A stretch of DNA of 35,376 bases from a virus. Its lineage: Duplodnaviria > Caudoviricetes. Shown here piece by piece: positions 25,017 through 34,197 of the stretch. The DNA lies in the IMG/VR virus record IMGVR_UViG_3300038315_001552, positions 1 through 35,376 of that record; one strand, 5' to 3'. Both the position numbers and the translations under genes were made by a program. Under the pieces are notes generated by a model that worked only from the letters and a program-made list of their open reading frames with translations, was not told the origin of the DNA and searched no databases. Numbering within the stretch: the first letter of the stretch is position 1; each line of letters starts with the position of its first letter.

Positions 25017-25489
25017 GACCCGAAGGCAGCCTCGTACTCGCGTGCCTCTGCAGGGGTGAGCGACTTGTCGAGCCTTAGAACCGCTGCCCCACTTTGAATG
25101 ATGTATTGGTTAAACATCGGCATCTCATCGATCACGCTCTGAATGTATTCGCGTCGTTTCGCTGCCGCATCCGCGCTAGCGAAGACCTCGATGGTATTCT
25201 GTTCGTCTGGATCAAAACCTTCGCCAACGTGCCTTTCGTCTACGAAGTACGTCTTGCTCGTGTACTGTCCGGGGCGTCCCATCATTTGGTTCTCGTCAGT
25301 CTCTTCCGAGACCACAACAATACGAGAGATTGGCAGGCCCGCATCCAGCAACTTTTGGGTGTACCCTTCGGCGTCGCTGGCAGTAATCTGGGCGGATACA
25401 TCGCTCTCCTGCGGCAGGTTACTCGTAGTTTGGCTTTCGCTGCATGCCGTGGCTGCCAGCATGAATATCACACCGCTAAATGCCTTCAT
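25013..25489 (-). CDS. Lipoprotein moron downstream of the repressor
   Basis: Signal peptide with ATAC lipobox and GAGG SD. Lower GC than neighbours and co-oriented 10 nt after cI. Confidence 0.75.
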   Translation of the reverse strand: MKAFSGVIFMLAATACSESQTTSNLPQESDVSAQITASDAEGYTQKLLDAGLPISRIVVVSEETDENQMMGRPGQYTSKTYFVDERHVGEGFDPDEQNTIEVFASADAAAKRREYIQSVIDEMPMFNQYIIQSGAAVLRLDKSLTPAEAREYEAAFGS

Positions 25490-25499
25490 TTGACCCTCC

Positions 25500-26144
25500 T
25501 CAAACCTTCCTCACAATGGCGACGACCCGCCCGATCAAGAACAATTCGTCATCGACCGCTTTATCCTCTGCCACGCTCGGATTGTCGGACAGGATCGCAA
25601 TACTGCCATCGGGTCGCGGCCTTAGACGCTTGACCATGCCCGCACCCCCGAAACTGAACGCCCATATCTGGTCCGCGACACGTAACGTGTCAGCACTGCG
25701 ATCGATCAGTAGCAGGTCATTGGTGCCGATCGTTGGTGACATGCTGTCACCCAGGCCTTCAGCGATGAACAACTGATCCGCGCGGGCCTTCGAAAATCGG
25801 CGAATGAACGACAGCGGAAAGGGCTCAAGGCGAACTTCCGGATCGACATTCTCGAGATACGTCGCGCCCATCCCATATTCCATGTCCAGCACTGGGATCT
25901 CGAGAATGCGTTCATCGCTCGAGACAGACGGGACTGATCCTTCGGGATCGTCGCTTTCTCCAAGCAGATATTCCGGCGTCGTCTCGAGCGCTCGAGCAAT
26001 GAGATAAACTTTAGCTGATCCAGCGCTGCCCCCAGCGACCAACTTACTGATCGCTTGAGGCGTGACTCCAACCTCGCGCGCCAGAGACGCTTGAGACATT
26101 CGGAGAGCGCGGAGCCGCTCCTTTATTCTGTCTCCTATGTCCAT
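25500..26144 (-). CDS. CI-like repressor (XRE HTH + S24 peptidase)
   Basis: SQASLAREVGVTPQAISKL HTH, GDSM.PTI and VKRL catalytic S/K motifs, and IGRVV end. Confidence 0.92.
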   Translation of the reverse strand: MDIGDRIKERLRALRMSQASLAREVGVTPQAISKLVAGGSAGSAKVYLIARALETTPEYLLGESDDPEGSVPSVSSDERILEIPVLDMEYGMGATYLENVDPEVRLEPFPLSFIRRFSKARADQLFIAEGLGDSMSPTIGTNDLLLIDRSADTLRVADQIWAFSFGGAGMVKRLRPRPDGSIAILSDNPSVAEDKAVDDELFLIGRVVAIVRKV

Positions 26145-26156
26145 GCCCCCCAATCG

Positions 26157-26234
26157 CAACTTTAGTTTATTGCGCAAAGACAAATCTGGTTGTTAACACA
26201 ATCAACCTTGGTTGCGATACGGCAACCATGATTG
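26157..26234. promoter_or_regulatory. Four operator dyads, consensus CAAC-N4-GTTG
   Basis: CAACTTTAGTTT 26157, CAAATCTGGTTG 26181, CAACCTTGGTTG 26203, and CAACCATGATTG 26223 (overlaps the cro ATG). Confidence 0.75.
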
Positions 26235-26590
26235 ATGCTCAAACACCGTTCGAGGCTCTCGAAGCCGCCGTTGAAGCCGCTGGAACCCAAGCCGAATTGG
26301 CAAGGATTTGCGAGGTCAGCCCCACTGCCGTCTGGAAATGGATTCAGTCCTCTAAACGGATGCCTGCCGAGTTTGTGTTGCGCGCCGAGGCAGCGACAGG
26401 AGTTTCTCGCCACGCGCTGCGGCCCGACATTTACCCGCGCGAAACCATGCAAGATCGCCGGGCAATGCGCGCTTGCGAGATGGCCACCGGTCAAAACGAT
26501 ACTGTCCCCTGTCATGATGTTCAGCATAGCGACCGCTTCCACGGGGTCGATTTCAAACGCGGCCTTGGAACGAAGGTCGCTGGACAATGA
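26228..26590 (+). CDS. Cro/YdaS-like HTH regulator
   Basis: AGTQAELARICEVSPTAVWKW...ATGVSRHALRPDIYP. Divergent from the repressor. Confidence 0.88.
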   Translation: MIDAQTPFEALEAAVEAAGTQAELARICEVSPTAVWKWIQSSKRMPAEFVLRAEAATGVSRHALRPDIYPRETMQDRRAMRACEMATGQNDTVPCHDVQHSDRFHGVDFKRGLGTKVAGQ

Positions 26591-27018
26591 GCGGCTTGGA
26601 AGAATCCGTTCGCAAACTTGTTCGCGAAGAAGCGGCCAGCGCGGCCACCGAAACTGTCGAAGGTATTCGTGTCGAAGTCCGCGAAACCATGAATGGCATT
26701 CGTGGCGACCTTCGCGGCATTGCATCCGCCGAATTCAAACTCTCTGCAGAACGGCTGCTGACCTGGTCGCGCTTGAGTATCGTCCGACCGACCGGCCGTT
26801 CTGAGCATCCCGCGACGACACGGTCCGAAGCTGAACTTTTCGATTGGCGCAGTCATGCCATCGGCATCGCTTTCGAAAATGCCGCCGATAAGAGCGACAC
26901 ACAGGCGGTTCTCGCCGCTGCCGAACGGATTGCCCGCTTTTTGATCGATGGTTGTCTTGATGGGGAAGCCCGTCCGATCGCTGACCTTGTCGAAGGCGAA
27001 GACGGGGCAGCACGATGA
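26587..27018 (+). CDS. Hypothetical protein
   Basis: ATGA-coupled on both sides within the early operon. Confidence 0.65.
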   Translation: MSGLEESVRKLVREEAASAATETVEGIRVEVRETMNGIRGDLRGIASAEFKLSAERLLTWSRLSIVRPTGRSEHPATTRSEAELFDWRSHAIGIAFENAADKSDTQAVLAAAERIARFLIDGCLDGEARPIADLVEGEDGAAR

Positions 27019-27458
27019 CGAAGCGCCGCGAACCCCTCACCTATCACGCCGCCCTTACCGTTATCGCGGCCCGTATCGGATGGGATCGCTGTGGCGCGCT
27101 GTGCGGCGTTACCGACCGAACTGTTCGCCTCTGGTCGGATCCAGACTGCGAAACGGAAATACGCCTGATCGATGCCGAACGGCTCGACCGCGCTTTCATC
27201 GCGGATGGCGGCGACCATGCGCCTTTCCATCGCTTGTTCGCCCTCCGGCTCGAAATGGCTGCGCGCAATGATCGGGCAGACCTCGTCCGGTTGGCCGGCG
27301 ACACCGCGAAAGAGGCGGGAGAAGCCATTTCCGCGATGCTGGATGCCAGCACCAATGTCGGCTGCGGGGACACCACCCGCCGCGCGCGCAAGGAAGTCCA
27401 GGAAGCGATCGACAAGCTGACCGATTGCCTGGCCGGACTGGGAGAACACGAACAATGA
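27015..27458 (+). CDS. CII-like HTH regulatory protein
   Basis: CGVTDRTVRLWSDPD HTH and helical C-terminus KEAGEAI..KEVQEAI. Position after cro. Confidence 0.65.
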   Translation: MTKRREPLTYHAALTVIAARIGWDRCGALCGVTDRTVRLWSDPDCETEIRLIDAERLDRAFIADGGDHAPFHRLFALRLEMAARNDRADLVRLAGDTAKEAGEAISAMLDASTNVGCGDTTRRARKEVQEAIDKLTDCLAGLGEHEQ

Positions 27459-27841
27459 GCGGCGAGGGAGGCGGTCTGATCAAGGGGCCGATGGTCGAAG
27501 CGAAAATGCAATTCCGGCTGCAGCCTGGCGGGCGAAAGTCGGGCGCGGGCTGTTTCCTGCCTTGCCCGAAATGTGACCAGCCCAGTTTCGTGCGCCGGTC
27601 CGAACGCCCGACGCCAACCGTCACGCAGATGACCTGCCACTGCACGAATTCGGGATGCGGCCATATCTACCGCGCCGACATCGTCTTCGTGCACACGCTG
27701 GTCGAAGGAAACATCGATCGGCCCGATCTGCAACTGCCGGTCTGTCCCCGCGAAGAAGTCCCGCATGTCGTCCCGCCCAGTGGCGAGGATGATCGAGATT
27801 CGCCGACATTCTTCGACGCCCAGGTCGCCGCTGCCGGCTGA
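27455..27841 (+). CDS. ogr: Ogr/Delta-like zinc-finger late activator
   Basis: CPKC...VRRS......CHCTNSGCGH.Y. Confidence 0.85.
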   Translation: MSGEGGGLIKGPMVEAKMQFRLQPGGRKSGAGCFLPCPKCDQPSFVRRSERPTPTVTQMTCHCTNSGCGHIYRADIVFVHTLVEGNIDRPDLQLPVCPREEVPHVVPPSGEDDRDSPTFFDAQVAAAG

Positions 27842-27901
27842 CCGGCAGCAAGCCAAGAACACGAAATCACGCGCGACTGCACCGCAGTCGAAGGGGGAAT
27901 T

Positions 27902-28003
27902 ATGCAAACCATCCAGACCATCGTCGACCGCGGCTCACTATACGCCGGCCTGTTTCTCGGCGGTTACATGGCGCTGGCCCTGCTGGAAGCCGCTACGCGA
28001 TGA
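27902..28003 (+). CDS. 33-aa hydrophobic peptide (MQTIQTIVDRGSLYAGLFLGGYMALALLEAATR)
   Basis: Strong purine SD (AAGGGGG) and ATGA overlap with the primase start. Confidence 0.5.
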   Translation: MQTIQTIVDRGSLYAGLFLGGYMALALLEAATR

Positions 28004-30672
28004 ACCTGGCCGATGACATCATCAAAGGCCTGAAGCGCGAATTCGGGTTCAAGAAGGTCGGCGGCAGCTGGCTGCAGCAGGGCAAATGCCCGCAATGCGG
28101 GAAGAACGAAGCCTTCACTGCCGCGGTCGATCCGAAGATGGTCAAATGCGGTCGCTTCGATCGATGCGGATGGGAAGACAGCGTCCGCAACCTGCTGCCC
28201 GAACTGTTCGAAGACTGGTCGAAGCGGTTTCCTGCCACCGAAACGAACCCCGACGCGGCGGCCGAAGCCTACCTGTCGCACGAACGCGGGCTCGACATGC
28301 GCTACCTGCGCGGCACCTTCACCCAGGAAGTTTTCCAGGACCGCAAGACCGGCGCCACCAGCGCGACCGTCCGCTTCCCTGTCGGCGATTCCTACTGGGA
28401 ACGCATCATCGACAAGCCTGGGCGCTTCGAAAAGAAGGCGCACTTCAAATATGGCGGCAGCTGGTCAGGCCATTGCTGGATGCCCAACAGGCTCGACCTT
28501 GCCGCGATCGCCAAGGCCGACCAGGTCTGGATCGCCGAAGGCATTTTTGACGCTGTCGCATTGAACATGGCCGGCCTGACCGCTGTGTCGAACATGTCGG
28601 TCAATCCATATCCCGAACACTTCCTGGGCGACCTGGCGAAATATCTGGCCGACAAGGGCCAGGCCGATAGGCCGAAGCTGGTCTTCGCCTTCGATGTTGG
28701 TGCCGCCGGCGTCACCTTTGCGAAGAAGCATATCAAACGCGCCCTGCGCGAAGGCTGGGAAGCAACCGCCGCCCAGGTTCGCCCCGATGGCGAGGGAACC
28801 AAACTAGATTGGAACGACCTGCTGCTGCGCCAGCAGGGCTTCAAGGGCGACCCTGCCGATGGCCCGCTGGGCGAAAAGGCGATCGCCGAATATCTCCACA
28901 ATGGCGCGATCACCATCGCCGAAACGCCGATGCAGAAAGCGCGGCTTATCGTCGACCGCGCCCAGAAGCGCGCCCGCGCCATGTCCAGCTTCGACATGCG
29001 CCACGGCAACCGCATCTTCTGGGTCCACGTTAAGACCGACGAAGACACCGGCGGCAGCCAGATCAACCTGACCGAAATCGCGAACTGCGCCTTCCGGCTG
29101 CTCTACCGCGAACGCGACGAAATTGCCGACGAAACCACCTATTTCCTGCAGATCGATTTTCCCGATCGCGCGCAATCGGTGAAGGCGCGCTTCTCATCAT
29201 CGGCCTGCGCCAATGCCGGCGAATTCAAGAAGCGCCTGATGGCATTCGCGGGAATGTGGAGCGGGTCGGGCGAACAGCTTGACCGCCTGATGAAGAACCA
29301 GACCCGCCGGCTGAAAGTCGTCGAACCGATCGGGTTCACCGGATATTCGAAAGACCACGGCGCCTATGTCTTGGGCGACCTCGCGGTCGCGAACGGCCGC
29401 GTCATCAAGGAAAACGCCGAACGCTATTTCGATGTCGGCACCCATGCGGTGAAGCTGCGCACCGCCGAACGCATGCTGCATGTCGACTATGACGCCGACC
29501 AGCTGCGCTTCGATTGGCTGGAAGACCTTTGGGCCGCCTACGGCCCGCGCGGGATGATCGCGCTGGCCTTCTGGTCGATGTCGCTGTTCGCGGTCCAGAT
29601 CCGCGAAAAGCATAAATCGCTGGGCTTTCTCGAAATCACCGGCCCGCCAGGGTCGGGCAAGTCCACCTTGGTCGAATTCCTTTGGAAGCTATTCGGTCGC
29701 GTCGGATATGAAGGCTTCGACCCGAACAAGGCCACGCCCGCCTTCCTCGCGCGGTCGATGGTCAAGGTTTCGAACCTGCCGGTCGGCCTGATCGAAAGCG
29801 GCCGCGGCGACGATGGCAAAAGCCATAATCGCCGCTTCGACCCGAACGAATTGCTGGTTCTCTATAACGGCCGAAGCCCGCGCGGCATCGGCCGCAAGTC
29901 GGGCGGTTTCGAAACCGAAGAACCGCCTTTTTTGGGCAGCATCTACCTGATGCAGAACGAACGCATCAGCGCCATCCCCGCGGTTCTCGAACGCCTGATG
30001 TCGATGGCGATCGACAAGTCGCTTTGGGGACCAGGCACGAAGGAAGCCGCCAACCGGCTCGAAACCTGGCCGGTCGAAGACTGCAGCGGGACCATCGTTC
30101 ACATCGCGCGCAAGGAAAAAGCCTTCCTCGAATTTTTCTTCGACCGCTTCAAATTCCACGATGACGACATGGGCAAGCGGGTCGACGGGCTCGAGAACGC
30201 CCGCCCGATCAAATGCCACAGCCAGCTGGCCGCCGCGCTCGACGCGCTGCCCAAGCTGTTTCCAGGCTGCAAGCGCGAATGGATTGACGCCGCCATCGCC
30301 GAAACCGACCGCATGGCGCTCGACCGCCAGAAATCGGCCGGCGGCGATCATCCGATGGTCGCGGATTTCTGGGAAAAGGTCGACTATCTGATCGATCGCG
30401 AAAGCGATGCCGACCATGCCGATGGCAAGTCGCTCAATCGCCACCGCAAGGCGATGGAATTCATCGCCATCAACCTGCCCGATTTCGAAGCCCGCTGTCG
30501 CCATGCCGGCATCTACCCGCCGCCGCTCGACCAGCTGAAAAAGCTGTTGCGCGAATCCAAGTCGCGGCGCTGGGTCGCATGCAAGGCGGTCAATCCGCCA
30601 GGCGAGAATTCGAAGGCGCAGCAATGCTGGATCTTCGCCCAGCCCCAGGCTGAAAAGGGGCCGATCATATGA
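28000..30672 (+). CDS. Replication protein: Zn-finger + TOPRIM primase + P-loop helicase
   Basis: CPQC..C....C, WIAEGIFDA, FAFD.G.AG, DWND and Walker A GPPGSGKST. Confidence 0.9.
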   Translation: MNLADDIIKGLKREFGFKKVGGSWLQQGKCPQCGKNEAFTAAVDPKMVKCGRFDRCGWEDSVRNLLPELFEDWSKRFPATETNPDAAAEAYLSHERGLDMRYLRGTFTQEVFQDRKTGATSATVRFPVGDSYWERIIDKPGRFEKKAHFKYGGSWSGHCWMPNRLDLAAIAKADQVWIAEGIFDAVALNMAGLTAVSNMSVNPYPEHFLGDLAKYLADKGQADRPKLVFAFDVGAAGVTFAKKHIKRALREGWEATAAQVRPDGEGTKLDWNDLLLRQQGFKGDPADGPLGEKAIAEYLHNGAITIAETPMQKARLIVDRAQKRARAMSSFDMRHGNRIFWVHVKTDEDTGGSQINLTEIANCAFRLLYRERDEIADETTYFLQIDFPDRAQSVKARFSSSACANAGEFKKRLMAFAGMWSGSGEQLDRLMKNQTRRLKVVEPIGFTGYSKDHGAYVLGDLAVANGRVIKENAERYFDVGTHAVKLRTAERMLHVDYDADQLRFDWLEDLWAAYGPRGMIALAFWSMSLFAVQIREKHKSLGFLEITGPPGSGKSTLVEFLWKLFGRVGYEGFDPNKATPAFLARSMVKVSNLPVGLIESGRGDDGKSHNRRFDPNELLVLYNGRSPRGIGRKSGGFETEEPPFLGSIYLMQNERISAIPAVLERLMSMAIDKSLWGPGTKEAANRLETWPVEDCSGTIVHIARKEKAFLEFFFDRFKFHDDDMGKRVDGLENARPIKCHSQLAAALDALPKLFPGCKREWIDAAIAETDRMALDRQKSAGGDHPMVADFWEKVDYLIDRESDADHADGKSLNRHRKAMEFIAINLPDFEARCRHAGIYPPPLDQLKKLLRESKSRRWVACKAVNPPGENSKAQQCWIFAQPQAEKGPII

Positions 30673-31169
30673 CCGCCGCCAGCGAAGGCGCGGTCAGGGT
30701 CTGGGGGCGCATCGAAGCCGCTGACCCACCGTTTCGCCGCCACCGTTTCGACCAGCTGCTGAAGATGGCCCGACGCATGCTCGCCACGCGCCAGGACCGC
30801 TTCCCCGCGCTGGTCGCGTCGGGCGAAATGTCGGCCGCCGATGCCGCCTTTGAAATCGCGGTCTTCGAAGACCTGGTCGCCGACTGGGCCTTCATCGACA
30901 GCCACGGCAGCCAGGGCGAACCTGCGCCCGCCCCATCGCTGGCAGCGCGCCGCGCCTACCTCGCTCAATCGATCGACACCATCGCTGGCATCGCAGCCGA
31001 AGCCGGCGGTTTCTCGAAATCCCTTCATGCCCAAGCCGAATGCGTCATCGCGCTCGCTTGGCATGCGGAGCCTGGGCGCGATCAAGTCGCGCTGGCCAGG
31101 CTGACCCACCAGCTGCGCGCCGAAGCGGCGGCAGCCAACACCAGCAGGGAGCCTGCAGCATGCAACTGA
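30669..31169 (+). CDS. Hypothetical protein
   Basis: ATGA-coupled to the primase gene, with phage-like codon usage. Confidence 0.7.
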   Translation: MTAASEGAVRVWGRIEAADPPFRRHRFDQLLKMARRMLATRQDRFPALVASGEMSAADAAFEIAVFEDLVADWAFIDSHGSQGEPAPAPSLAARRAYLAQSIDTIAGIAAEAGGFSKSLHAQAECVIALAWHAEPGRDQVALARLTHQLRAEAAAANTSREPAACN

Positions 31170-31348
31170 CCAAACCGAAACCGAACCGGATTCATGCGAT
31201 CGACTGCCGCTGTCGCGGATGCAACGCGCCGGCGCGGTCGATTTACCAGAAGGATGTCGCCAGCTGGCGCATGTGGGCGGCATCGCTCGCGCTCGGTCTG
31301 GCTGTGTGGGGCGCTGTCGCCTGGCTGGTCTGGGAGGCAATCCGATGA
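31160..31348 (+). CDS. Small Cys-rich membrane protein (H...CRCRGC + C-terminal TM)
   Basis: GGGAG SD. Coupled to the next gene by ATGA. Confidence 0.6.
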   Translation: MQLTKPKPNRIHAIDCRCRGCNAPARSIYQKDVASWRMWAASLALGLAVWGAVAWLVWEAIR

Positions 31349-32109
31349 CCCCGCGCTTCCAGACCGAATGCGAATGTGGCGCTGTGGAATACGGGACGAA
31401 AGGCCGCCTTCCCGCCGGATGGCAGCTGGCCGAAGACAAGCCGCGCTGCGCCGATTGCCAGGCCGGCGAATTCCACCAGCGCGAACTGCCGATTGCAGAC
31501 CAGGGCGGCGACTATGAACGCACCGAAACCGCCATCGCCCTCTTGTCGGGCGCCTATCTCGACCTGGCCGATCCTGACTGCAGCGTCATCAAACCGATCG
31601 ACATCGCCGCCGGCCTGCGCGCGCCGCGCTTTTGCGGCCAGACCCGCCAATTCTACACCATCGCCCAGCATTGCTGCCTGGTCCTGAAGCTGGTGTCGCC
31701 GATCGCGCGCCAGCTGGGCGGCGACAAGGGGCTGCAGCTGCGCCGCTGCGCGCTGATGCATGACGCGGCAGAAGCCTTCATTCACGACATCACCCGCCCG
31801 CTGAAGATCCAGCTGCCCGACTATCGCGCCATCGAAGCCCGCTTCGAAACGCGCCTGGCCGATGCCTTCGGTTGGGATTGGACGCCCTTTCGCCGCGACA
31901 CCGTCAAGGCGGCCGACCTGCAGGCTCTGGCGATCGAACAGCGCGACCTGGTCGGCAATATCGACGCCTGGCCGGTTCTCGATCGCGTCGATCGCGAACG
32001 GCTGCGCTGCATCAGCATCGGCCGCGCCTGGCATCCCGACGAAGCCCAGGACCGCTTCCTGGCCGCCTTCGAAGACTTGTTCCCGACCGAAGAAAGGATT
32101 GCCGCATGA
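31345..32109 (+). CDS. HD-domain phosphohydrolase (YfbR/YfdR-like) with N-terminal Cys4 ribbon
   Basis: RFCGQT..FYTIAQH, ALMHDAAEAFIHDI.RPLK and VKAAD, preceded by CEC...CADC. Confidence 0.85.
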   Translation: MTPRFQTECECGAVEYGTKGRLPAGWQLAEDKPRCADCQAGEFHQRELPIADQGGDYERTETAIALLSGAYLDLADPDCSVIKPIDIAAGLRAPRFCGQTRQFYTIAQHCCLVLKLVSPIARQLGGDKGLQLRRCALMHDAAEAFIHDITRPLKIQLPDYRAIEARFETRLADAFGWDWTPFRRDTVKAADLQALAIEQRDLVGNIDAWPVLDRVDRERLRCISIGRAWHPDEAQDRFLAAFEDLFPTEERIAA

Positions 32110-32357
32110 AGCGCCGCAACCCCGCCATCAGCGCGCGCCACACCGCGGCCCGCCAGTTGTAGGATCAGCGCCGCGACGAACTCGCCAAGCTGCGCCTGAA
32201 ACGCCCACTGACAGATGCTGAATTGGCCGAAGAAGACCGCCTGACCCGTGCGCTCGCGATGCGCGTCTGGCGCGAAGAACAGCGCGCGCAAGAAGCGCGC
32301 ATCGCCAAGACCACTGCCGCGCTGATCGAACAGGAAAACCGAAGGAAAGCCGCATGA
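32106..32357 (+). pseudogene. 83-codon ORF interrupted by in-frame TAG (32160-32162)
   Basis: MKRRNPAISARHTAARQL*DQRRDELAKLRLKRPLTDAELAEEDRL...RRKAA, with ATGA overlaps at both ends. Confidence 0.7.
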
Positions 32358-32707
32358 ACGCCCACACACTCCCGACCGCGATTGGCCCTATCCCTCGCCT
32401 TTCGATCGGCAAAGCAAGCGACATAAAGGCGCGCCGCGAAGCCGACATCGAAGTGACGAACGTGGCGGTCCGAACTGCCGATCGCGCCGCCTTCCTCGCT
32501 GTCATTCAGGCCCGCGAGGTCCAACTTGCTGCGCCGATCAAGCAACCGCGAAACCGCGCCATAGCAGCTGCCGAAATGGCCAGCTTCGCGCTCGCGACGA
32601 AGGAAGCGATCGAAACCGGTTGCCCTTCCGACCTCGCAATCGCTCACCTCGAAACCGCCGCCGCCCGCGCAATCGCCCTGTTGGTCGATCTGAAGGGGAA
32701 AGCATGA
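32354..32707 (+). CDS. Hypothetical protein
   Basis: SD GAAGGA. ATGA-coupled on both sides. Confidence 0.7.
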   Translation: MNAHTLPTAIGPIPRLSIGKASDIKARREADIEVTNVAVRTADRAAFLAVIQAREVQLAAPIKQPRNRAIAAAEMASFALATKEAIETGCPSDLAIAHLETAAARAIALLVDLKGKA

Positions 32708-33090
32708 TGCCGAAGAAGAAGTACACCGAAGACCAGATCGCCGAAATGTGCGCCCTGCGCGAAGATGGAAAAACGCTCGGACAGATCCGAATGCACTTTG
32801 CTCGCAAGGGCGTGGCCATCAGCGAAAGCGCGATTTCGTGGCATTGCCTGGTTCTGGGCGCGGACCTTCCCGCGGGCCAGCGCGGACGTTCGACCGTTCG
32901 CCCAGGTGCGATCGAAAAGCGCGGCGGTCATATCGTCCGGCGGTTCTCGAAAGAAGAAGATGCGAGGATCCTGCAGCTGGAAGGTGAAGGCCGATCCGGC
33001 GCGGAAATCGCGCGCGCCCTTGGCCGCAAGCGGAACTCAATTGTCGGACGCCTCGCAACTCTCGCTCGCAGGGAGGAACGCGCACTATGA
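32704..33090 (+). CDS. Tandem-HTH protein with GcrA-like domain
   Basis: C-terminal FSKEEDARILQL..EGRSGAEIARALGRKRNSIVGRL resembles the GcrA N-terminal domain. N-terminal YTEDQIAEM..LREDG.T..QI is a second HTH. Confidence 0.65.
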   Translation: MMPKKKYTEDQIAEMCALREDGKTLGQIRMHFARKGVAISESAISWHCLVLGADLPAGQRGRSTVRPGAIEKRGGHIVRRFSKEEDARILQLEGEGRSGAEIARALGRKRNSIVGRLATLARREERAL

Positions 33091-33284
33091 AACGCAGCTT
33101 CGCCAACTGGCTCCGTGCCATCGCCGATTGCGGCGTCCTGCGCGTCACTTTCGACAGTGACGAACTGGTTGATGCATGGGAACTCGGCCTGATCAATGCC
33201 AGTCCAGTCGCCGGCAATGACAATGCACTGGACTTCCGCTTAACCGACGCCGGAAGGCGGGCGGTCGCTGGGCAGGTTCGATGA
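33087..33284 (+). CDS. Hypothetical protein (65 aa)
   Basis: GGAGG SD. ATGA-coupled on both sides. Confidence 0.6.
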   Translation: MKRSFANWLRAIADCGVLRVTFDSDELVDAWELGLINASPVAGNDNALDFRLTDAGRRAVAGQVR

Positions 33285-34009
33285 CAGTCACGATCGAACG
33301 CATTGGCCGCTTCGGCAATGCCGAGATAAAGCGTGGCGGCACCACCGTCGCCACGCTTTATCAGGGCGATGCCTACGCCATCCGCCCGACCCTGGGATGG
33401 ATGGACTGCGATGTCATGGACCCGCCCTTCCTGCTGTCGACCAGCGGCGGCGGCCGCTATCGCAAGGCGCGCAAGTCGATGGACGAAATCGCCGATGCCG
33501 GCATCGACCAGGGCTTCGACTCCGCGATCATCAACCCGCTGCTGACGGGCGCGGTTTTCTGTTTCTGCCACAATGACCAGCTGCCCCAGTTGCTGCCCGC
33601 GATCGCTGGGCAGTTTCACCGCTTCGCGCTGCTCGACTGGACGAAGGCTGCGCCGCAACCGGTAGCGAACAAGCACTATCGGCCCGACCGCGAATTCTAT
33701 GTCCACGCCTGGAACCGCGGCTATCATCCCCAGGGCGAATTGCTCGAGAAGGGCCGATCGATCACGGCTTCGCCCGATCGCGCGCTGAAGAAGCGTTTCG
33801 GGCATCCGACCATCAAGCCGCCTGCAGTCATGGACAAGATCCTGGTCAATGCTGCCGGCCAGACCATTTGCGACCCGTTCATGGGGACCGGCTCGACCGG
33901 CGTGGCGGCGGTCAAGGCCGGCAAGACGTTCTTCGGCATCGAACGCGACCCGCGCTGGTTCGAAGCCGCGGTCACGCGCATCACCGAAGCAGTCGAAGGG
34001 CTCGTGTGA
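33281..34009 (+). CDS. Orphan beta-class amino (N6A/N4C) DNA methyltransferase
   Basis: DPPF catalytic motif precedes HPTIKP and the SAM-binding DPFMGTGSTG...FFGIE. Confidence 0.9.
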   Translation: MTVTIERIGRFGNAEIKRGGTTVATLYQGDAYAIRPTLGWMDCDVMDPPFLLSTSGGGRYRKARKSMDEIADAGIDQGFDSAIINPLLTGAVFCFCHNDQLPQLLPAIAGQFHRFALLDWTKAAPQPVANKHYRPDREFYVHAWNRGYHPQGELLEKGRSITASPDRALKKRFGHPTIKPPAVMDKILVNAAGQTICDPFMGTGSTGVAAVKAGKTFFGIERDPRWFEAAVTRITEAVEGLV

Positions 34010-34197
34010 TGACCGCGCCCGCGCGCATCAGCCAGCAAGACATCGACCGCGTCCTGAAGGGCGTGGCGCGCGCGGGCATTTCGAACGGGCGGATCGTCAT
34101 GGATTTCACGAATCGCAAGATCGAAGTCATAATCGGCGAAGCGGCTGCGGATGCCGGTTCGCCAGGAGATGACGATTTCGATGACGAAGACCGATAA
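34009..34197 (+). CDS. Small integrase-linked protein (possible excisionase/RDF)
   Basis: MTAPARISQQDIDRVLKGVARAG... overlaps the integrase start. Confidence 0.55.
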   Translation: MTAPARISQQDIDRVLKGVARAGISNGRIVMDFTNRKIEVIIGEAAADAGSPGDDDFDDEDR

